Of a stretch of 64,000 nucleotides of DNA, positions 38,658 through 47,477 are shown one piece after another. Under the pieces are notes generated by a model. That model was not told where the DNA came from and made no database searches. It saw nothing but the letters and a program-made list of their open reading frames with translations. Position 1 is the first letter of the stretch. Each line of letters begins with the position of its first letter. The translations under genes were made by a program, and so were the position numbers. Where the stretch lies: the sequence record SRR2962707_1082; one strand, given 5' to 3'.

Positions 38658-39680
38658 TTAGCGCTTCTTGCGTCCGCCTTCGCGGCGGACGCGGGTAGGG
38701 CCTTCGCCTTCGGCAGCCGCTTTTGTGTTGCGCATTGGGCCAATCACTTCACAAATCAAATCCAATGAAGGGCGTGCGCCCTTTGGGTGATTGTCGAGTG
38801 CTGTGCGCATGGCGCTTAAATGATCGCATGATGTGCCGCAACAACCACCAATGATTGACGCACCGCCATCAATGGCAAATTCGACATATTTGGCCATCAA
38901 TTCGGGTGTGCCAGAATAAACAATCTTTTCGCCTTGGAATTGCGGAATGCCGCAATTGCCTTTGATGACGATTGTTGCATCGGGGGCAGCGTCCTTCATG
39001 TCGAGCAAGCTGGATAGAATATCCGATGCACCAACGCCGCAATTGGCGCCGTAAGCTGTTGGTTTGCGTGATACATCCGCAAACACTGCGCCCATATCTT
39101 TTGGGTGCAGGCCCATCATGGTTTTGCCTGCGGTATCAAATGAGCCGGTGCAGACATATTCCATGTCTTCGGCAATGGCAGCTTCTGCCGCTGCTTGCAT
39201 TTCGCCGATGGCCGACATGGTTTCAATCCACACGACTTCTGCGCCGCCAGCCTTGAGGCCTTGGATTTGTTCGCGGAAGGAAGCCACGGCAACATCATGG
39301 GTGAGCGCGCCGAGCGGCTCTAGCAATTCACCAGTTGGGCCAACCGAGCCTGCAACGAGAACACGGCGACCGGCATTATCGGCCACTTCGCGGGCGATTT
39401 CAGCTGCTGCTTTGTTGAGTTCAAAAACGCGGTCTTGGGCGTTGTGAAGTTTTAAGCGCTGCTGCGTGCCACCGAACGAATTGGTCAAAATAACGTCTGA
39501 ACCGGCATCAACAAAATCTTTATGCAGCTTGGTGATTTTGTGCTTTGCGGTCTCATTCCACAGTTCGGGCGCATCGCCGGACTCTAGGCCCATCGCGAAA
39601 AGGTTTGTGCCTGTCGCACCATCGGCAAGCAGGACGCCTTTTTCAGCAATAAAATCAGCGAGTGGGGTGGCAATAGACAT
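38658..39680 (-). CDS. bmt: homocysteine S-methyltransferase module (Bmt; Hcy-binding part of split MetH)
   Basis: LADGATGTNL, TNSFGG, GSVGPTG, GANCG and IIGGCCGT Zn ligands. Confidence 0.9.
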   Translation of the reverse strand: MSIATPLADFIAEKGVLLADGATGTNLFAMGLESGDAPELWNETAKHKITKLHKDFVDAGSDVILTNSFGGTQQRLKLHNAQDRVFELNKAAAEIAREVADNAGRRVLVAGSVGPTGELLEPLGALTHDVAVASFREQIQGLKAGGAEVVWIETMSAIGEMQAAAEAAIAEDMEYVCTGSFDTAGKTMMGLHPKDMGAVFADVSRKPTAYGANCGVGASDILSSLLDMKDAAPDATIVIKGNCGIPQFQGEKIVYSGTPELMAKYVEFAIDGGASIIGGCCGTSCDHLSAMRTALDNHPKGARPSLDLICEVIGPMRNTKAAAEGEGPTRVRREGGRKKR

Positions 39681-39714
39681 AAAAATCTCCGAACGATATT
39701 GAACTCACATAACG

Positions 39715-39734
39715 ATATAAGGAAACCTTTATAT
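39715..39734. promoter_or_regulatory. palindromic operator upstream of bmt (SahR/SamR-like)
   Basis: ATATAAGG-AAAC-CTTTATAT; shares ACATAACGATATAA with the reverse complement of the 23804 site. Confidence 0.65.
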
Positions 39735-39765
39735 GAATGCAATTATTCGTTTGTCGATTTTGATA

Positions 39766-40428
39766 TTAACGGCGGATAACCCCAAGGCGCGCATAGTCGC
39801 GGTAGAGGCTTTTAACCTCGCAAGTGCCGCCAATAGACGCTGCGGCCTCTTGCATGATCACTTCTAGATTCGCGCGTGGTGCAACGTGGAATTTTGCCAG
39901 CCAAGCGTGGAGCAGGGCCTTAAACCAACGGGGCAGGCGCGATTGTTGGCCGAAATCCACAATCCAGAGTTCGCCGCCTTCGTTCAATTGTTTGACGGCG
40001 TGCTGAACGGCTTGTTCCCAAACAGGGATCATAGACACGGCATAGGAGATGATGATGCGGTCAAAGCCGGACTTGTTAAATATCGCCTTTGGATTAAAGC
40101 GGCAGGCATCGGCCAGCGCGAGGCGACCTTCGGTTTCAATGCCATTTTTGCTGAGGCTTTTCTCCGCAGAAACCAGCATTTCAGATGAAATATCGAGCCC
40201 ATAGACTTCCGCATCTGGATATTTTCGCTGCGCCAGAACAAGATTGCGCCCTGTACCGCAGGCAATTTCCAAAACGGTGCCAGACTGAGGGACTTTGAGA
40301 TCGCGCAGCAGTTCATCACGGCCCAGCAGATAGAATTTGCGTGTCGCATCATAAATATGGCGCTGGCCACGATAGATCTCGTCCATCAAGGCAGAATGCG
40401 GCTTGGTCTGGGTGCTGTCGCTCATCAT
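39766..40428 (-). CDS. btaB: SAM:diacylglycerylhomoserine N-methyltransferase
   Basis: MDEIYRGQRHIYDATRKFYLLGRD, VLEIACGTGRN, SYAVSMIP and WLAKFHV; directly downstream of btaA. Confidence 0.88.
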   Translation of the reverse strand: MMSDSTQTKPHSALMDEIYRGQRHIYDATRKFYLLGRDELLRDLKVPQSGTVLEIACGTGRNLVLAQRKYPDAEVYGLDISSEMLVSAEKSLSKNGIETEGRLALADACRFNPKAIFNKSGFDRIIISYAVSMIPVWEQAVQHAVKQLNEGGELWIVDFGQQSRLPRWFKALLHAWLAKFHVAPRANLEVIMQEAAASIGGTCEVKSLYRDYARLGVIRR

Positions 40429-41652
40429 TTAGTGCCGAATATAAATGTGGAAACCGCCATAAATCGACGAACGGTCTTTCAGATGAAGCGCTTTTGAGCG
40501 TTCTTTGTCATAATGCCAGTTGCGCAAAATGGCCTCGTCGACACGGCCTTGCAAGATACAATCATTGCCTGCTGTGCGGTAAATCACCCGTGCGCCGCTA
40601 TTGGCAGTGCGGTCGATTTGCGCCCAAAGATCGTTTAATTGCTGATCGTTCATCCAATCTTGTGCATCAAGCAGCACATAGCAATCTTTCGAGGCTGCGC
40701 TTTCGCCTTCAAGCAAGTCGGTGATGGTGCGGTTTTGGATTGTCGCTTTGTGTGCATTGGCGCGAACGGATTCAAAGCTTTCTGGCTCTAAATAAGGCGG
40801 TACTGGGCCGCCTTGCTGATAGGCACGGTTGAACGCCTGCCAAGCAAAATAGTTTTCGCTCAGATCAAAATCGCACATGAGTTTGCGTGTGCGTTCTAGA
40901 AGCGTCGCGTGAATGTCGCCATCTGTTGCGCCGGCCAACGCTTCATATTGCTGCGGGGGAATGCCAAGGCCAAACAAGGAGGCGCGGTTTGCGGCGATGA
41001 AGCGCACAAGGCGGCTGTTAATTGCTGGGCGCATTTTTGTTTCAAAAAAGTCGCTTTGCTCTTCGATCGTCTTGCTGGCTAAAAATTCGGTGTAATCAAC
41101 GCCTAAAACGGCGCTGAGCTTATGGGCAATGCCGATAAACAGGCCCAATGCGCCATAGTGATAAAAGCCATTTTTGAACATATTAATGCGGCGACCGGAA
41201 AAGCCTTTGCGCTTGTTCCAAAAATCAACCGATGTTTGATCGAGCTTAGGCGCTAAATAAGTATCAAACAGCGCTGGATTATCGGGATGGTTTGCATTGG
41301 CGAAAAACTGATAGAAGCTCTCTTGGTCTGGCAAATGTTGCGCAGCGCAATATTTCAAGCGGTTGAGCGCGATATGGGCCGGAGACAGATCGACAGCCTG
41401 AATGGAGGCCGGAGATGCCGTTAAATAGCTCATAATGTTACAGCCGCCCGAAGCAATCGTCACAATATGATCGCTCGGGCTAATATCCAGCGCTTCCATA
41501 TCAACGATAGGGTCTTCCCATATTTGCGGATAAACAAGACCGGTGAAGGCCTGCGCGAAAATACGCTCTAAAATGCCAACAACGCTGAGCGCTTTGTTTT
41601 GTTGAACGGCGCCAGCAACTTGTCGCCTTACACTGGTTGCTTTTACAGTCAT
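40429..41652 (-). CDS. btaA: SAM:diacylglycerol 3-amino-3-carboxypropyl transferase (DUF3419)
   Basis: LVYPQIWEDP, IASGGCN, NYFAWQAF, LLDAQDWM and DRSSIYGGFH. Confidence 0.92.
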   Translation of the reverse strand: MTVKATSVRRQVAGAVQQNKALSVVGILERIFAQAFTGLVYPQIWEDPIVDMEALDISPSDHIVTIASGGCNIMSYLTASPASIQAVDLSPAHIALNRLKYCAAQHLPDQESFYQFFANANHPDNPALFDTYLAPKLDQTSVDFWNKRKGFSGRRINMFKNGFYHYGALGLFIGIAHKLSAVLGVDYTEFLASKTIEEQSDFFETKMRPAINSRLVRFIAANRASLFGLGIPPQQYEALAGATDGDIHATLLERTRKLMCDFDLSENYFAWQAFNRAYQQGGPVPPYLEPESFESVRANAHKATIQNRTITDLLEGESAASKDCYVLLDAQDWMNDQQLNDLWAQIDRTANSGARVIYRTAGNDCILQGRVDEAILRNWHYDKERSKALHLKDRSSIYGGFHIYIRH

Positions 41653-41674
41653 GTCACAATTTCCTCAAAAGGTA

Positions 41675-42496
41675 CTATGCCGCGTTCTTTTGTGCTGGCG
41701 CGGGTTCGTTATTTATTCTTTTTGTTACATTTTTTTGCGCGGTGCGATTGCGCACTACTTCGGCCCAATCCACCAGATGAAATTGTCCTGTTTCATCTTC
41801 TAAAATAGCTGTACAGCTCTCTACCCAATCACCGGTGTTGACATAATGAACACCGTTCATATCTTGCATCGCAGCATGGTGAATATGGCCGCAAATGATG
41901 CCATCAACGCCTTCTTTTTTGGCTTCTGCGCTGAGCGTCTTTTCGTAGTCACCAATAAAGCTAACCGCTTGCTTAACCTTAAGTTTTGCCCATTTGGAAA
42001 GCGACCAATATTGTCCACCCCAAAGACGTTTGAAGCGGTTGAACCAGCCGTTTAAGGTGAGGATCATTTCATAGCCCCAGTCACCAACATGGGCGAGCCA
42101 TTTAGCGCCCATCACGACCATATCAAATTGATCGCCATGAATGACGAGATAGCGCCTGCCGTCGACCGTTGTGTGAATGTCGCGGTCTACAACTTCAATG
42201 CCGCCAAAATGGGTGCCTAGAAAATTGCGCAACACTTCATCATGATTGCCCGGGATGTAGATAATCTCGGTACCTTTGCGCGCTTTGCGCAGTAATTTTT
42301 GGACAACGTCATTGTGTGATTGTGGCCAATAAATACCTTTGCGCATGCGCCAACCGTCAAAAATATCGCCAACGAGATAGATCTTATCGGCTTCATGATA
42401 ACGCAAAAAGTCGAGTAATAATTCTACCTGTGAACCCTTGGTTCCAAGATGGATATCGGAAATAAAGATAGTTTTGTAATGCGTTGTTTTGGTCAT
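41675..42496 (-). CDS. plcP: metallophosphoesterase, PlcP-type phospholipase C
   Basis: FISDIHLG, LVGDIFDGW, PGNHDE, HGDQFD, CGHIH and NTGDWVES; context with Pho box and btaAB. Confidence 0.78.
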   Translation of the reverse strand: MTKTTHYKTIFISDIHLGTKGSQVELLLDFLRYHEADKIYLVGDIFDGWRMRKGIYWPQSHNDVVQKLLRKARKGTEIIYIPGNHDEVLRNFLGTHFGGIEVVDRDIHTTVDGRRYLVIHGDQFDMVVMGAKWLAHVGDWGYEMILTLNGWFNRFKRLWGGQYWSLSKWAKLKVKQAVSFIGDYEKTLSAEAKKEGVDGIICGHIHHAAMQDMNGVHYVNTGDWVESCTAILEDETGQFHLVDWAEVVRNRTAQKNVTKRINNEPAPAQKNAA

Positions 42497-42539
42497 GCTC
42501 GGCCCACCGATATAGTTGTGAAGCCTAAATCAGACTCAT

Positions 42540-42557
42540 GTAACAGCCATGTGTCAG
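42540..42557 (-). promoter_or_regulatory. PhoB box (Pho box)
   Basis: Minus strand CTGACAC-ATGG-CTGTTAC, 11-bp direct repeat matching CTGTCAY-N4-CTGTCAY; -10-like TAGGCT 12 bp downstream; 43 bp upstream of the plcP start. Confidence 0.8.
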
Positions 42558-42755
42558 TCGTTTTGGCTTCCCTTACGCAAGCTGAGGCTTTTGCCGTAAA
42601 AACAACGCCTAATCGTCGCGATTGCGTAATCAATGACGCAATTACGCCTTGCGAAGCTGCGGGCTAAAGGTGAGTATGATTAGAATTTCGCGCCACAAAA
42701 GCGCTGGATTTAAGCGCCGTGTATTGGTTCTAAGTGCCGGAATTGGGAGGTCTGA

Positions 42756-44438
42756 ATGAACGATTTAACACCGCTGGGCAAACGCCGCAAAAGCAGCTTG
42801 CCAAAAGGCCGACAGCTAGATGAAACCGCGCTGGATGAAGTGAATACAGCGCTAGCTGGCGCGTCAATCCGGCGTGATCTATTAATTGAGAACCTTCATA
42901 AACTTCAGGATATGTTCGGCTGCGTTGAAGCGCGCCATATTCGTGCTCTGGCTGAAAAAATGCGTATCGGCCAAGCGGAAATTTATGAAGTTGCCTCGTT
43001 TTATGATCATTTCGATGTGGTGCGTGAAGGCGAAGAAAAGCCTGCACCGCTCACCATTCGCGTGTGTGAGTCGCTTTCCTGTATGATGGCAGGGGCGGAA
43101 AGCCTGATTTCTTCGCTTGAAGAAAATGCCGATCCCAATTTGGTGCGCATTATGCGCGCGCCTTGCATGGGGCGCTGTGCGGGTGCGCCTGCGGCTCATA
43201 TTGGCCATTGCGAAGTCGATCACGCATCAAAAGATAAATTGCTCGATATGGCGCAAAACGGTGAATTTGATGTCGTTGTTCCAGATTATGTGAACCTTCA
43301 TTCTTACAAAGAGTTCGGCGGTTATCAGGTTCTTGAGCGCATGCGCGCTGGCGATTTAACGCCAGAACTGTTGATTGAAACGCTCGCATCAGCAGGCCTG
43401 CGCGGTCTTGGCGGCGCTGGCTTTCCATCGGGCAAAAAGTGGGAATTCGTTAGGGGCTATAAAGGCCCAAGGCTGATGACCATCAATGGCGATGAGGGCG
43501 AACCTGGTACGTTCAAAGACCGCCACTATCTTGAAAGCGATCCGCACCGCATGTTTGAGGGCGCGCTCATTGCCGCTTATTCTGTCGAGGCGGAACGCAT
43601 CTATCTTTATATGCGCGATGAATATCCGGCAGTGCTGGAAATATTGCGGACGGAAATTGCAGCGCTTGAAGACGCCGGTGTGATTGAGGCTGGCTATATT
43701 GAACTTAGACGCGGCGCAGGCGCTTATATTTGCGGCGAAGAAAGCGCGATGATTGAATCCATCGAGGGTAAGCGCGGCCTACCGCGTCATCGTCCGCCAT
43801 TTATCGCAGAGGTGGGGCTGTTTGGCCGTCCAACGCTCAACCACAATGTGGAAACGCTCTGGTGGATCCGCGATATTGCTGAAAATGGCGCCGAATGGTT
43901 TGCTGATCAGGGCAAATCTGGCCACAAGGGCGTTCGCTCTTGGTCGGTTTCTGGCCGCGTTAAAGAACCGGGCGTAAAGCTCGCGCCAACTGGCGTGACC
44001 GTCCGCGAGCTCATCGATGATTATTGCGGTGGCATGGCCGAAGGGCATAAATTTAAAGCCTATCTTCCGGGCGGTGCATCGGGCGGCATTTTGCCCGCGT
44101 CAATGGATAATATTGAACTCGATTTTGGCGATGATCTTTTTAGGCATGGTGCCTTTGTTGGCTCCCATGCTGTCGTTATTTTATCAGACCAAGATAATAT
44201 CAAAGATGTGGTGATTAATCTGATTGACTTCTTTGCCCATGAAAGTTGCGGGCAATGTACGCCGTGCCGTGGCGGCACTGAGAAATTGGCAAAATTGCTA
44301 CGGGCCAAAGGCAAGCTAGATGAACCAACCATTCGCGATCTAGAACAAGTGATGCGCGATGCGTCGATTTGCGGTTTGGGCCAAGCAGCACCAAACCCTG
44401 TCAATCATCTGCTGACGCATTTTCGGGAGGATTTGTGA
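42756..44438 (+). CDS. NAD-dependent formate dehydrogenase beta subunit (NuoE+NuoF fusion)
   Basis: CESLSC, CMGRC, GLRGLGGAGFP, DEGEPGTFKDR, GAGAYICGEE and ESCGQCTPCR. Confidence 0.9.
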   Translation: MNDLTPLGKRRKSSLPKGRQLDETALDEVNTALAGASIRRDLLIENLHKLQDMFGCVEARHIRALAEKMRIGQAEIYEVASFYDHFDVVREGEEKPAPLTIRVCESLSCMMAGAESLISSLEENADPNLVRIMRAPCMGRCAGAPAAHIGHCEVDHASKDKLLDMAQNGEFDVVVPDYVNLHSYKEFGGYQVLERMRAGDLTPELLIETLASAGLRGLGGAGFPSGKKWEFVRGYKGPRLMTINGDEGEPGTFKDRHYLESDPHRMFEGALIAAYSVEAERIYLYMRDEYPAVLEILRTEIAALEDAGVIEAGYIELRRGAGAYICGEESAMIESIEGKRGLPRHRPPFIAEVGLFGRPTLNHNVETLWWIRDIAENGAEWFADQGKSGHKGVRSWSVSGRVKEPGVKLAPTGVTVRELIDDYCGGMAEGHKFKAYLPGGASGGILPASMDNIELDFGDDLFRHGAFVGSHAVVILSDQDNIKDVVINLIDFFAHESCGQCTPCRGGTEKLAKLLRAKGKLDEPTIRDLEQVMRDASICGLGQAAPNPVNHLLTHFREDL

Positions 44439-47224
44439 TGACTGGTCAAACTAAATTCATTTTGAATGGCAATGAAGTCAGCGCCCAAGAAGGCGAAACG
44501 ATTTGGCAAGTTGCCAAACGCGAAGGCGTTGATATTCCGCATCTTTGCCATTTGGATAAGCCGGGCTATCGCTCCGATGGCAATTGCCGCGCTTGCATGG
44601 TGGATATCGAAGGTGAGCGCAATTTGGCCGCTTCCTGCATTCGCAAACCTGCCGAGGGCATGAAGGTCAATACGGCCACAGAGCGCGCAGAAAAAAGCCG
44701 TGCTATGGTGTTCGAACTGCTCGCAGCGGATATGCCTGCGCGTGATGAGGGGCCAGACAACCAATCAGCTTTTTGGACTTGGGCCGATACATTTGGCATT
44801 GATGGTTCATCGCGCTTGCCGAGCAAATTTGAAGGCCGCACCGCCGAGCATGATATTACCAATCCGGCGATTGCCGTTAATATGGATGCCTGTATTGCTT
44901 GCGGTCTTTGCGTTCGTGCGTGCCGCGAAGTGCAAGTCAACGATGTGATCGGCATGGGCGAGCGCGGCTCTCATTCTGCGCCTGTTTTCGATATTCATGA
45001 CCCGATGGGCCATTCGACTTGCGTGACCTGCGGCGAATGCGTGCAAGCCTGCCCAACGGGTGCGCTTTATGAAAAGTCGCTCATGGATGATGCGGGCAAA
45101 ACCCGCGTGATCGCCGAGTTCGATGACAGCGTTGATAGCGTCTGCCCATTTTGCGGTGTTGGCTGCCAGACAACACTTAATGTGAAAGACAATAAAATCG
45201 TTCAAGTTGATGGTCGCGATGGTCCGGCCAATGAAAATCGCCTCTGCGTCAAAGGTCGGTTTGGTTATGATTATGCGATGAGCGATCAGCGCCTGACCAA
45301 GCCGCTTATTCGCCGCGATGATGCGCCCAAACGCGGCGATATTGATATGCGTTTTATGGATGTGATGGATATTTTCCGCGAAGCGACGTGGGAAGAGGCG
45401 ATGGCCAAATCGGCTGAAACGCTGATGCAAATTGAAAAAGACCATGGCGGCGATGCGCTGTGTGGTTTTGGTTCGGCAAAAGGCTCGAATGAGGAAGCCT
45501 ATCTGTTCCAGAAATTGGTGCGCCAAGGCTTTGGCACCAATAATGTCGATCACTGCACACGGCTTTGTCATGCGTCTTCGGTTGCCGCTTTGATGGAAGG
45601 TGTTTCATCGGGTGCAGTGTCTGCGCCTTTTAACGATGCGATGATCTCTGACTGCATTATTGTTATTGGTGCGCGGCCTGCAACGAACCATCCGGTTGCA
45701 GCGACCTATTTTAAACAGGCGGCTAAAAAAGGCGCCAAGCTCGTTGTTATTGATCCGCGCAAACAAGATTTGATGAAATTTGCCGAGCATTCTCTGCAAT
45801 TTAAGCCCGGCACAGATGTCGCGCTGCTCAACGCTTTGCTGCATGTGATCGTTGAAGAAGAGCTTTATGATGCGCAATATATTCAGGCCAATGTCGATGG
45901 CTTTAAAGCGCTGAAAGAAAAGGTCAAAGACTTTTCTCCTGAGGCTATGGCCGAAGTCTGCGGTATTGAAGCTGAAACCCTGCGCGATGTGGCGCGGCTT
46001 TATGCGAAATCTGAACGCTCCATTATCTTCTGGGGTATGGGCATTTCGCAGCATACCCATGGTACAGATAATTCGCGTTGCTTGATTGCCTTGGCTTTGA
46101 TTACTGGACAGATTGGACGGGCAGGCACGGGCCTTCACCCGCTGCGCGGCCAGAACAATGTTCAGGGCGCATCTGATGCCGGTCTCATTCCAATGTTTTT
46201 GCCTGATTATCAGAGCGTTGAAAATGATACCATTCGCGCGCAATTTGAAAATGTTTGGGGTCAGACCATTGATCAAAAACGCGGGCTTACTGTGGTTGAG
46301 ATCATGGATGCGGTGCATGACGATAAGATTTTCGGCATGTATGTGATGGGCGAAAATCCGGCTATGTCTGACCCTGACCAGACGCATGCGCGTGCTGCAT
46401 TGGCCAAGCTGAAACATCTGGTTGTTCAGGATATTTTCCTGACCGAGACTGCGTGGCATGCTGATGTGGTGTTGCCAGCTTCAGCGCATGCAGAAAAGCT
46501 CGGCTCATTTACTAACACCAATAGACAGGTTCAAATTGGCCGCCCAGCAATTGATATGCCGGGTGATGCACGTCAAGACCTTGATATCATTATCGACCTT
46601 GCGCAGCGCATGGGCCTTGATTGGGACTATGACGGCGTTGGTGCGGTTTACAGCGAAATGCAATCTGTCATGCCATCGCTGACAAATATTTCGTGGGAGC
46701 GGTTGATGCGTGAAGATTGCGTCACCTATCCTGCCAAAGGCGAAGATGTGCCCGGTAGCGCGGTGATCTTTGACAATGGTTTCCCAACCAAGGATGGCCG
46801 TGCGCGTTTGGTGCCGGCTGATTTGCGCGCGCCGGACGAAGTGCCAGATGAAGAGTTTCCGATGGTACTGACAACCGGCCGGTTGTTGGAGCATTGGCAC
46901 ACAGGCGCAATGACACGGCGTTCAGATGTGCTTGATGCGCTTGAGCCAGAGGGCATTGCGGCCATGAACCCGTTTGAAATTAATCGCCAAGGCCTCAAAA
47001 TCGGCGAGATGGTGAGTGTTGAAACACGCCGTGGGACCATTCAAGCGGTGCTGCGTGCGGACCGCGAAGTGGCCGATGGCATGATTTTCATTCCGTTCTG
47101 CTTTAATGAAAGCCCAGCCAATGTGCTGACGAACCCGATGCTTGACCCTTTTGGCAAGATTCCTGAGTTTAAGTTTTGTGCTGCCAAGATTGGGCGTGCG
47201 GTTAATCTGGAACCTGCGGAATAG
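44438..47224 (+). CDS. fdhF: formate dehydrogenase alpha subunit (Mo/W-bisPGD, Cys-ligated)
   Basis: IPHLC, CRAC, CIACGLC, CPFCGVGC, NNVDHCTRLCH, LRGQNNVQG and IPEFKFCA; ATG overlaps beta-subunit stop. Confidence 0.92.
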   Translation: MTGQTKFILNGNEVSAQEGETIWQVAKREGVDIPHLCHLDKPGYRSDGNCRACMVDIEGERNLAASCIRKPAEGMKVNTATERAEKSRAMVFELLAADMPARDEGPDNQSAFWTWADTFGIDGSSRLPSKFEGRTAEHDITNPAIAVNMDACIACGLCVRACREVQVNDVIGMGERGSHSAPVFDIHDPMGHSTCVTCGECVQACPTGALYEKSLMDDAGKTRVIAEFDDSVDSVCPFCGVGCQTTLNVKDNKIVQVDGRDGPANENRLCVKGRFGYDYAMSDQRLTKPLIRRDDAPKRGDIDMRFMDVMDIFREATWEEAMAKSAETLMQIEKDHGGDALCGFGSAKGSNEEAYLFQKLVRQGFGTNNVDHCTRLCHASSVAALMEGVSSGAVSAPFNDAMISDCIIVIGARPATNHPVAATYFKQAAKKGAKLVVIDPRKQDLMKFAEHSLQFKPGTDVALLNALLHVIVEEELYDAQYIQANVDGFKALKEKVKDFSPEAMAEVCGIEAETLRDVARLYAKSERSIIFWGMGISQHTHGTDNSRCLIALALITGQIGRAGTGLHPLRGQNNVQGASDAGLIPMFLPDYQSVENDTIRAQFENVWGQTIDQKRGLTVVEIMDAVHDDKIFGMYVMGENPAMSDPDQTHARAALAKLKHLVVQDIFLTETAWHADVVLPASAHAEKLGSFTNTNRQVQIGRPAIDMPGDARQDLDIIIDLAQRMGLDWDYDGVGAVYSEMQSVMPSLTNISWERLMREDCVTYPAKGEDVPGSAVIFDNGFPTKDGRARLVPADLRAPDEVPDEEFPMVLTTGRLLEHWHTGAMTRRSDVLDALEPEGIAAMNPFEINRQGLKIGEMVSVETRRGTIQAVLRADREVADGMIFIPFCFNESPANVLTNPMLDPFGKIPEFKFCAAKIGRAVNLEPAE

Positions 47225-47237
47225 CGCCTAGGTTTTT

Positions 47238-47267
47238 TGGAGTGCTCTCAGGTTTGAGGGCACTCTA
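47238..47267 (+). terminator. stem-loop downstream of the fdh operon
   Basis: TGGAGTGCTCTCA-GGTT-TGAGGGCACTCTA; no clear U tract. Confidence 0.5.
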
Positions 47268-47477
47268 CAATTATCTTCGCTAAGAAATGAGTTCGGAATA
47301 TTCCTGATTGCTATGTGCTGTCGCTCTGCTACATTGGGCAGATGATCATTAAACTGACAACGAAATCTCGCCAAATGGAGCTTCTGCTGCTTTGCGCGCG
47401 CGTGGGCTATTCCCCGCCATCTCATTCCTGATCGCTTTTTCCAGCGCTTTGCGCTTTCATGAAATCAGGATTTAAAA

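Noticed and set aside
41675-42496. LpxH (UDP-2,3-diacylglucosamine hydrolase) call
   Set aside because: Same fold, but the Pho box and btaAB context fit PlcP better, and alphaproteobacteria generally use LpxI
44438-47224. Selenocysteine formate dehydrogenase
   Set aside because: Active-site motif reads CTRLCH with Cys; no in-frame TGA
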